Assembly (NCBI GenBank): GCA_900320025.1
Contig: ONQW01000001.1
Span: forward strand, 18,811 to 82,810
Origin: an uncultured Lachnospiraceae bacterium
GTDB taxonomy: Bacteria > Bacillota > Clostridia > Lachnospirales > Lachnospiraceae
DNA length: 64,000 nt
Reading direction: 5' to 3'
The stretch's first letter is position 1; each line of letters opens with the position of its first letter. Made by a program: the position numbers and the translations under genes. Below the pieces are notes generated by a model. It searched no databases. It was given only the letters and a program-made list of their open reading frames with translations, and was not told where the DNA came from. Below, piece by piece: positions 9,266-16,964 of this stretch.

Positions 9266-11058
9266 TCTCTTTCCGCCGTCACAACCGGCTGAATGGCACT
9301 CTGCAGCGTTCGCTGCATGATGTCAGGATTCATGTGGCTGAACAGATTTTCCATGATCGGATTCGCGTTTCCGGACCCAATGGTTATCTGCTCGATGGTG
9401 CTGGCAATGATCACATCTCCTGGAGATTCGTTCCAGTGAAGTGCAATCTGGTCCGGATTGGTAAAGACGATTTTCAGCTGACGCTCTGTCGCTTCCTCAG
9501 GAAATGCGATCTGAAGAGACAGGACCGGAACCTCATCCTCATTCATAGAAAAGCGTCCCTTTGTACTCACGAGATAATCTTCCCCGTTCATGTTGAGGTT
9601 TGCCTGCCTGCCTCTCTCAAAGCCCACCGGAATGCAATGTTTCTGCGCTCCCTCCTGAAAAACCAGAGTGAGGAGACCGTGTTCCCAGGAAAATGTCAGA
9701 TCGGATATGCCGTTGGTGTAATTATTATGGACGACCTGCATGATCAGCGGAAAGAGTCCGACACCACTCCGGTTCATGTGGTAGGTAACACCGTTTACAG
9801 TATGGAGAAGATCCCTGACCCGCTTCGCAGAAGACACCCGTTCTGCTGTATGATGACGGTTCCAGCCGCCGCGTGCGATCATGCTGTACGGCAGTGTTTC
9901 ACCAGCAAGTTGTTCCCGCATGCGCTGCAGAGACCGGTATTCAGACAGATTTTCCGGAAGGGCTTCGTCAGCCGGATGATATACCGGGCCAAAATAGCGC
10001 CGCAGGATATCTGTCATAGCCCCCGCCTGAAACACCTCTGCGTTTCCGGCGTTGGTGATAATCACCATATCGATATCCGGGTAACAGTGCACATTCTGTC
10101 CCAGCATCCCGTTATAACAGAAGCTCCCCGGCCTGCAGTCCATCCAGAGATGATATCCGTACTCCGGATTTGCATCCTGACCCGTCTGAATCTGCGGGGA
10201 AACAGCCTCCCGGACCCAGTCTCTGGAGATCAGCTGCCTTCCGTTCCATACGCCGGACTGCATGTAAAGATATCCTAGTTTAGCGGCATCTTCTTCGGTG
10301 AGAAACATGCCCCAGCCGCCCTTGGTCAGTCCCTTCGGGCTGGTTTCCCAGAAAACCTTCCGGATTCCCATAGGGTTAAACAGACGCTCCTTCAGAAAGT
10401 CAAACATCGTAGTCCCGGTGATCTGGGATACAATGGCGGAGAGCATCAGGGAATTCATGCTGTTATATTCAAACTGAGTGCCCGGTTGGAATTTGACGCC
10501 GGATTCAAAATAGTTTTTCACCCAGTCGTTGCCAGAGATGGCTCCGGCTTCATTAAAGGCGACGCCGGTTGACATTGTGAGAAGATGGCGCACCATGATT
10601 TCACGGTATCGGAGCAGGGAAAGGAGCGGTGCATGGGCTGCTGCCCATTGATCCGGAAGCAGTTCAACAAGCCGGTCATCCAGGGATAGTTTTCCATCGC
10701 CGATCAGAAGTCCAACTGCCATGCCAGTGAAGCTCTTGCACATGGAATAGGTGGCGTGCCAGATGCCGGCGGGATAAGGATCAAACCCTCCCTCATAGAT
10801 GACATGACCGTGGCGAAGGACCATTATCTGATGCATGTGAATCGAAGCATGAGCTGCCAGTTCGGAGACAAAGCATCGCAAATACGAAGAGTCTACTCCC
10901 TGCTCTTCCGGCGTACTGCGCGGAAAGGGCTGTTCCACCGGAGACTGGAAATCAAAGGGAGGTTTTTGCGGAAGGAAATCAACCTTGCCGAGTTCTCCGG
11001 TTTTCTGATTGATCAGGTCCCATAATAACTGCACGACTGCAAGATCGGTGCTTGGCAT
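9262..11058 (-). CDS. Serine hydrolase, beta-lactamase/penicillin-binding-protein-like family
   Basis: SxxK (YSMCKS), LLTMSTG, FEYNS, GWG, YGYHLW; likely start MPSTD at 11058 after GAAAGGAGG. Confidence 0.85.
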   Translation of the reverse strand: MPSTDLAVVQLLWDLINQKTGELGKVDFLPQKPPFDFQSPVEQPFPRSTPEEQGVDSSYLRCFVSELAAHASIHMHQIMVLRHGHVIYEGGFDPYPAGIWHATYSMCKSFTGMAVGLLIGDGKLSLDDRLVELLPDQWAAAHAPLLSLLRYREIMVRHLLTMSTGVAFNEAGAISGNDWVKNYFESGVKFQPGTQFEYNSMNSLMLSAIVSQITGTTMFDFLKERLFNPMGIRKVFWETSPKGLTKGGWGMFLTEEDAAKLGYLYMQSGVWNGRQLISRDWVREAVSPQIQTGQDANPEYGYHLWMDCRPGSFCYNGMLGQNVHCYPDIDMVIITNAGNAEVFQAGAMTDILRRYFGPVYHPADEALPENLSEYRSLQRMREQLAGETLPYSMIARGGWNRHHTAERVSSAKRVRDLLHTVNGVTYHMNRSGVGLFPLIMQVVHNNYTNGISDLTFSWEHGLLTLVFQEGAQKHCIPVGFERGRQANLNMNGEDYLVSTKGRFSMNEDEVPVLSLQIAFPEEATERQLKIVFTNPDQIALHWNESPGDVIIASTIEQITIGSGNANPIMENLFSHMNPDIMQRTLQSAIQPVVTAERE

Positions 11059-11096
11059 GAAGCCTCCTTTCTGACTGATTTTGACAGACATCTTCT

Positions 11097-11780
11097 TTAT
11101 ACTGACTGTTTGTGCTTCAGGATCACTTCGTTCCGGCTTTTGTAGATATGCTCTGCAGGCACGCATCCTCTCACCATAGAAAGAGGATAAATATTGCTGT
11201 GGCGTCCTATGACTGTCCCGGGATTGAGCACAGAATTACATCCTACCTCGACATAGTCTCCGAGCATGGCGCCCATTTTGCGGAGTCCGGTGGCAAACTC
11301 TTCTTTTCCATCGCGGACAACGACATTCGTGCGGTCGCTCTTGATGTTGGAGGTAATGGCCCCGGCTCCCATATGCGCATGGAAACCCAGAACGCTGTCT
11401 CCCACATAGTTAAAATGAGGGACCTCGCAGTGATTAAAAAGAATGGCATTCTTGAGTTCACAGGAATTGCCGACAACACACCCCTTCCCGACGACCGCCT
11501 TGCCGCGGATGAATGCACACTGCCGGATTTCTGCGTTCTCATCGATGATGCACGGACCTGTGATAGAGGCGCTGTCGAAAATTCTGGCGGAGCGGGCCAC
11601 CCAGATGTTTTCGCCGCGCTTTTCAAAGCGATCCTCTGGCAGTGTTGGTCCGAGTTTCAGAATGAACTCTTCTATCTCACCGAGAATCTCCCATGGATAA
11701 ACCACTCCATCAAAAAGAGGGGCCGCGATGGACTCTTTCATATCGAACAATGCACTGCAGGTGTAATCCTGGATTGCCAT
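11097..11780 (-). CDS. Stand-alone left-handed beta-helix acyltransferase (GlmU C-terminal-like)
   Basis: Hexapeptide repeats (IRQCAFIRGKAVVGKGCVVGNSCELKNAIL), PHFNYVGDSVLG, GAGAITSN, KMGAMLGD; likely start MAIQDY at 11780. Confidence 0.8.
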   Translation of the reverse strand: MAIQDYTCSALFDMKESIAAPLFDGVVYPWEILGEIEEFILKLGPTLPEDRFEKRGENIWVARSARIFDSASITGPCIIDENAEIRQCAFIRGKAVVGKGCVVGNSCELKNAILFNHCEVPHFNYVGDSVLGFHAHMGAGAITSNIKSDRTNVVVRDGKEEFATGLRKMGAMLGDYVEVGCNSVLNPGTVIGRHSNIYPLSMVRGCVPAEHIYKSRNEVILKHKQSV

Positions 11781-11781
11781 C

Positions 11782-14040
11782 TTATTCTTCCTTTCTGCCG
11801 CCTGTTCCTGCGGCACTGCTTTTCTTTGTGCGTTTTGCACCATGAGTAGCTGTGGATGCTCTCTGACTGCTCTGTTCTTTTCCGTGATAAAAACGGGAAA
11901 TCTGCCTGAACTGCTCAGTCAGTGCGGCACGGTAATCTGTCGATTTTACATGGTTCGTCCGCCGGGTGACAAAATCGGTAAGCTTCTCCATATATTCTGC
12001 CCTGGATACCGTACCGGCGGCAACACCGGACAGGCCCTTCTCCCAGCTGGCGGTGAGTCTGGGATCAAGAAGTGGGCGAAGAGAGCAGGAAACCGTATCG
12101 TAGACCATTTCTCCAAGCTGAGTGGGTGTGATGATCTGTGTATTCCGCGCAAGGGACAGGTACCGGTTCTGTACCAACTTCTTTAGTATTTCCGCTCTTG
12201 TCGCGCTGGTTCCGATGCCGCTGCCGCGGATTTGCTCCCGGAGCTCTTCCTCTTCGATCAGCTGACCTGCATTTTCCATTGCCAGAATCATGCTTCCGGA
12301 ATTGTAACGGGCAGGCGGTTTCGTCTCCCCAGTCCGGCAGAGAAAGCCATCCGGGCGCAGCCGCATTCCCCTTTTCATTCCGGCGAAAGCTGTCGAAAGG
12401 GAAGGATCCTGACTGTCCTGTTCTTCGTCCTGGTGTTCCCCGGATGAGGAACGGGTGGCATTCTTCCCCTCATCTGCCGCTGCCTTTTTTCTGGAAAATG
12501 AATAGCGCAGCACCTTCAGATACCCCTCTTCCACGCATGTTTTCACAGACGCAGAGAATAATTCCGTGCGGATGCGGACCTGCAGAGACATTTTATCAAA
12601 GACAGCAGGCGGATAGAAGATCGCAAGGAAGCGTCTGACGATGAGTTCATATACATTTCGGACGACTGGAGACAGCGAAGAAAGCGCCTGCTGCCCCTGT
12701 CCCGTTGGAATGATCGCGTAATGATCCGTGATCGCTTTATCATCCGTATAGCGTGTCTTCCCGATTCCCGGAGCAGTGCCCAGCGAGGCGATTTCCTGCA
12801 CATACGGTTTATAAGCGGGATCCCGGAACAGTCCATTCAGGTTGTTCGTAATCTCCTTTGCGACTGCAGAGGAAAGCACTCGGGCATCCGTTCTTGGATA
12901 AGTAGTCAGCTTCTTTTCATATAATTCCTGTGCTGCATCGAGTGTCTGATCAGGACTGATTCTGAAAAAGCGGGAGCAGTCATTTTGCAGTTCTGCCAGA
13001 TTATATAGAAGCGGCGGTCTTTTTTTCTCCTTTTTCCGGGTGATGGTTTCCACACACGGCGTGCCGGGTGCATCCATGACGGAGGGGCCAAAATGAGCAG
13101 TGCCGTCAGGATCCTCAGATAAAGGCAGAAAGACAGATGAGGAGGGAAACTCTCCTGTCTGCAGATAATGAATCAGGGCGAAGGCATCTTCTTTTTTCAG
13201 AAATCCGGTTGTTCCATAGAGGCGCGGGTCGTCTGCCTGAATCACGGAGCTGTCACTTCTATGCCAGTCAGCCCGAAACACAGGCGTGTGATCTGCACTT
13301 TCCTTTTCTTCATCCGCCTTCTTCTGTGGCAGAGCGAGCATAACCTGAATGCGGTAATAGGATGTTTTCTGGAAAGACCGGATTTCACGCTCCCGTCTGA
13401 CAACCATGCCAAGAACGCACGTCATGACGCGGCCGACAGCGATAACACACCGATCCGCGCCGAGAAAGTTTTTCAGAGTATATCCATAACGGAGCGTAAG
13501 TGCCCTCGAGAAATTGATCCCCATCAGGTAGTCTTCCTTCGCACGAAGGAAAGCGGCATCTCCGAGACAGTCATAGGCGGAATCGTCCTTTGCCTCTCGG
13601 ATACCGCGAAGAACCTCTTCCCGGGTCTGAGAATCAATCCAGACTCTGAGCTGGCGTTTTCCGGTCACGCCGGCCTCCATGGCTACGAGACGATATATAT
13701 ACTCTCCTTCCCGTCCGGAATCGGTACAGATATAGATTGTATCGACGTCCGGTGAAGTCAGGATCCGCTTCACGACTTCGTACTGCTTCCTGCAGGAATC
13801 GATGACCTCATAGCGATACGTCTCCGGAAGAAATGGAAGCGTCTCAAAGGACCAGCGGCGGTATTTCTCGTCATATGCATCCGGGTAGGACATGGTGACA
13901 AGGTGACCGACACACCAGGTGACGATGGTGTCCGGAGATTCCAGATAACCGTCACGGGATCGAAAAGAGATGCCCAGGGCGTCAGCAAACTGACGGGCGA
14001 CACTGGGTTTTTCAGCGATAAAAACTCGTTTTCCTGGCAT
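11782..14040 (-). CDS. topB: DNA topoisomerase III (type IA)
   Basis: IAEKPSVA, TWCVGHL, TDSGREGEYI, GRVMT, TYPRTD (catalytic Tyr), TDHYAIIPT, GIGTSATRAEI. Confidence 0.93.
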   Translation of the reverse strand: MPGKRVFIAEKPSVARQFADALGISFRSRDGYLESPDTIVTWCVGHLVTMSYPDAYDEKYRRWSFETLPFLPETYRYEVIDSCRKQYEVVKRILTSPDVDTIYICTDSGREGEYIYRLVAMEAGVTGKRQLRVWIDSQTREEVLRGIREAKDDSAYDCLGDAAFLRAKEDYLMGINFSRALTLRYGYTLKNFLGADRCVIAVGRVMTCVLGMVVRREREIRSFQKTSYYRIQVMLALPQKKADEEKESADHTPVFRADWHRSDSSVIQADDPRLYGTTGFLKKEDAFALIHYLQTGEFPSSSVFLPLSEDPDGTAHFGPSVMDAPGTPCVETITRKKEKKRPPLLYNLAELQNDCSRFFRISPDQTLDAAQELYEKKLTTYPRTDARVLSSAVAKEITNNLNGLFRDPAYKPYVQEIASLGTAPGIGKTRYTDDKAITDHYAIIPTGQGQQALSSLSPVVRNVYELIVRRFLAIFYPPAVFDKMSLQVRIRTELFSASVKTCVEEGYLKVLRYSFSRKKAAADEGKNATRSSSGEHQDEEQDSQDPSLSTAFAGMKRGMRLRPDGFLCRTGETKPPARYNSGSMILAMENAGQLIEEEELREQIRGSGIGTSATRAEILKKLVQNRYLSLARNTQIITPTQLGEMVYDTVSCSLRPLLDPRLTASWEKGLSGVAAGTVSRAEYMEKLTDFVTRRTNHVKSTDYRAALTEQFRQISRFYHGKEQSSQRASTATHGAKRTKKSSAAGTGGRKEE

Positions 14041-14062
14041 GCAATCCTCTGGTATGAAAACG

Positions 14063-15151
14063 TTATTTCCGTGTAATGTAATTCTGAACTTTCAGGAGCT
14101 CTGCGCACTCCACTGCCCCGCCGGCGGCGCCGCGGATCGTATTGTGGGAAAGTCCGACAAATTTCCAGTCAAAAATAGTATCCGGACGAAGACGTCCGAT
14201 AGAAATGCCCATGCCGCGTTCATAGTCTACATCGAGGCGGACCTGAGGGCGGTCATCCTCCTCGAGATACTGAATGAAGGCAGCAGGTGCACTCGGCAGG
14301 CCAAGCTGCTGCGGAAGGCCCCGGAAGTTCCGGAGCTTTGCAATCAGCTCATCTCTGGATGGCTTCTCGCGGAACCGGACGAATACCGCTGCAGTATGCC
14401 CGTAGAGCACCGGAACCCGGAGACACTGACTTGTAATGAGCGGCGCGTCTGCCGGAACAATGGCGCCATTCTCAATGTGACCGAAGATGCGGAGCGGCTC
14501 CTTTTCGCTCTTCTCTTCTTCCCCGCTGATGAAGGGAATGACATTGCCGTTCATCTCCGGCCAGTCGCCAAAATTCTTGCCCGCACCGGAAATTGCCTGA
14601 TATGTTGTCACAAGGACCTCATACGGGTCAAACTCCTTCCAGGCTGCGAGGGCTGGCGTATAGCTCTGGATGGAACAGTTCGGCTTGACTGCAATGAAGC
14701 CGCGGGTGGTTCCGAGGCGCTTTCTCTGCCACGGGATTACATCGGAAGCCTCCGGATTGATCTCCGGGATGATCATGGGGACGTCCGGCGTCCAGCGGTG
14801 TGCGCTGTTGTTAGAAACAACCGGGGTCTCTGTTTTGGCGTAGGTTTCCTCCAGAGCGCGGATCTCGTCCTTGGGCATATTAAGAGCGCTGAAACAGAAA
14901 TCAACATCCCGTGTGACTTCCTCTACATCTTCAACGCTTTTTACCACGATGTTCTTTGCCTGTTCCGGCACAGGAATATCGCCCAGCTTCCAGCGCCCGT
15001 CCACTGCTTCTGCATAGGTTTTGCCGGCTGATCTGGGGCTGGCTGCAATGGTCGTCACCTCGAACCATGGATGGTTTGCCAGCAGGGTTATGAACCGCTG
15101 TCCAACCATACCTGTACCGCCAAGAACCGCCACGCGTAATTTGTCACTCAT
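14063..15151 (-). CDS. asd: Aspartate-semialdehyde dehydrogenase
   Basis: VAVLGGTGMVGQRF, VSNNSAHR, KPNCSIQS, HNTIRGAAGG; start MSDKLR at 15151. Confidence 0.95.
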   Translation of the reverse strand: MSDKLRVAVLGGTGMVGQRFITLLANHPWFEVTTIAASPRSAGKTYAEAVDGRWKLGDIPVPEQAKNIVVKSVEDVEEVTRDVDFCFSALNMPKDEIRALEETYAKTETPVVSNNSAHRWTPDVPMIIPEINPEASDVIPWQRKRLGTTRGFIAVKPNCSIQSYTPALAAWKEFDPYEVLVTTYQAISGAGKNFGDWPEMNGNVIPFISGEEEKSEKEPLRIFGHIENGAIVPADAPLITSQCLRVPVLYGHTAAVFVRFREKPSRDELIAKLRNFRGLPQQLGLPSAPAAFIQYLEEDDRPQVRLDVDYERGMGISIGRLRPDTIFDWKFVGLSHNTIRGAAGGAVECAELLKVQNYITRK

Positions 15152-15246
15152 AGGAAACCTCCTGTTGTGAAAATGCATTCATGCCTCATGTGAGGCGTAT
15201 CAATCAGTCCTGTCATCACGTGCATGCAGGCATGCACGGTGGCAGC

Positions 15247-16668
15247 TCATTTCCCGTTTTCATCTGATGCTGCATCCGGATTCTCAGATTTCTCCGCAGA
15301 CAAGAATGCCTCACATTCCCGGATTTCCTCCTTCATCGCGTCCGGACCTGGTGCACCGGTTGTGAGACGCTTTGCGACACAGTTTTCCAACCGGATCACA
15401 TCATATAGATCCGGCCCGAAGGAAGGATGGAGCGCCTGCAGCTCTTTCAGCGACAATTCCTCGATGGATTTGTTCTGACTGATGCAGTACAAAACAAGAC
15501 GGCCGACAACGGCGTGTGCGTCACGGAAAGGAATTCCCTTTCCGACAAGATAGTCAGCCGCATCCGTTGCATTGGTGAATCCTCTGGCCGCGCTCCGGCG
15601 CATTACCTCCTTCCGGAAAGTGATGGTTTCCAGCATACCGCGGAACAAATGAATACAATGCAGTGTGGTATCGATCGCATCAAAGGCCACTTCCTTGTCT
15701 TCCTGCATATCCTTGTCATAAGCCAGCGGAATGCCCTTCATCGTGGTGAGCAGACTCATCAGGGAGCCGTATACGCGGCCTGTTTTGCCGCGCACCAGCT
15801 CGGCGATATCCGGGTTTTTCTTCTGCGGCATGATACTGCTTCCGGTGGAATAGGCATCATCCAGTTCTACGAATTGATATTCATTCGAGTTCCAGAGAAT
15901 AATCTCCTCGCTGAATCGGGACAAATGCATCATGATCATGGAAAGATCGCTTAAAAATTCAATGAGATAATCCCGGTCGGATACGGAATCCATGCTGTTG
16001 CGGGTTGGACGGTCAAAATCCAGAAGCTCAGCCGTGTAGGAACGGTCGAGAGGATAAGTCGTCCCGGCAAGGGCACCCGCGCCCAGCGGACATTCATTGA
16101 GTCGGTTCCGGCAGTCGGACAGGCGGGTGATGTCGCGCCGGAACATTTCAAAATACGCTCCCATGTGATGAGCCAGAGTGGTGGGCTGTGCTTTCTGCAG
16201 GTGAGTGAATCCCGGCATGATGGTTTCCGTGTTCTGCCGCATGATGGAAAGGAGCGTCCCGAGCAGGGCGTCCAGTTCAGCTCTGACCGCATCTGTCTCA
16301 CGCCGGATGTACATGCGCATATCGAGAGCCACCTGATCATTTCGGCTTCTGCCGGTGTGCAGCTTTTTCCCGGTGTCTCCGATGCGGTCGATGAGATTTG
16401 TCTCCACAAAGCTGTGCACATCTTCATATTCATCCGTGATGGGAAGATGACCGCTCTCCACGTCGTGGAGAATCCCGTGCAGTCCTTCTGTAATCTGTGC
16501 TGTCTCCTCCGATGTCAGGATTCCCTGTCTGCCCAGCATTGCCGCGTGGGCCAGTGAGCCTTCGATATCTTCCCGAAGCAGCCGCCTGTCGAAGCGGATC
16601 GATGCATTGAATTCATTGACAAGCTCATCAGTCGGCTTGGTGAACCGTCCTCCCCAGAGTTGTGCCAT
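15247..16668 (-). CDS. argH: Argininosuccinate lyase
   Basis: MAQLWGGRF, HTGRSRNDQ, PGFTHLQKAQP, GSSIMPQKKNPD. Confidence 0.97.
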   Translation of the reverse strand: MAQLWGGRFTKPTDELVNEFNASIRFDRRLLREDIEGSLAHAAMLGRQGILTSEETAQITEGLHGILHDVESGHLPITDEYEDVHSFVETNLIDRIGDTGKKLHTGRSRNDQVALDMRMYIRRETDAVRAELDALLGTLLSIMRQNTETIMPGFTHLQKAQPTTLAHHMGAYFEMFRRDITRLSDCRNRLNECPLGAGALAGTTYPLDRSYTAELLDFDRPTRNSMDSVSDRDYLIEFLSDLSMIMMHLSRFSEEIILWNSNEYQFVELDDAYSTGSSIMPQKKNPDIAELVRGKTGRVYGSLMSLLTTMKGIPLAYDKDMQEDKEVAFDAIDTTLHCIHLFRGMLETITFRKEVMRRSAARGFTNATDAADYLVGKGIPFRDAHAVVGRLVLYCISQNKSIEELSLKELQALHPSFGPDLYDVIRLENCVAKRLTTGAPGPDAMKEEIRECEAFLSAEKSENPDAASDENGK

Positions 16669-16748
16669 AGCGCTCTCCTTTTATAAAAACCGATGCTGAA
16701 CAGATGATTCTGGTTTGATACTGCTGCATCAAACCCCTGGATACACAT

Positions 16749-16784
16749 AGAGCCCCGCAGAAGCTATACGCTCTGCAGGGCTCT
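16749..16784 (-). terminator. GC-rich hairpin downstream of tRNA-Thr, without a U-tract
   Basis: Minus strand AGAGCCCTGCAGA-gcgtatagct-TCTGCGGGGCTCT forms a ~13-bp stem, followed by ATGTGT rather than poly-T. Confidence 0.5.
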
Positions 16785-16796
16785 CGCAGACAAATG

Positions 16797-16869
16797 AGCT
16801 GGAAGCCGGATTCGAACCGGCGACCTACTGATTACGAATCAGTTGCGCTACCAGCTGCGCCATTCCAGC
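16797..16869 (-). tRNA. tRNA-Thr(CGT), CCA not encoded
   Basis: GCTGGAA/TTCCAGC acceptor stem, GCGC D-stem, ACTGA-TT-CGT-AA-TCAGT anticodon arm, GCCGG-TTCGAAT-CCGGC T-arm; 73 nt to the discriminator. Confidence 0.97.
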
Positions 16870-16902
16870 CTGGCCGGCCATCTTCCGGCCGACGCGAATA
16901 TT

Positions 16903-16931
16903 ATTATACGGATAATGCCCCGCTTATGCAA
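16903..16931 (-). promoter_or_regulatory. Sigma-A promoter of tRNA-Thr
   Basis: TTGCAT-17 nt-TATAAT on the minus strand about 35 nt upstream of the tRNA. Confidence 0.8.
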
Positions 16932-16964
16932 GAAGTTTTTTAGAAGTCCTCAAATTTCTATTCG

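Noticed and set aside
15220-15237. Perfect palindrome GTGCATGC-AG-GCATGCAC as an ARG box
   Set aside because: TGCAT/ATGCA spacing is 6 rather than 4 nt with a GC-rich centre, and it lies downstream of argH; more likely a simple hairpin.
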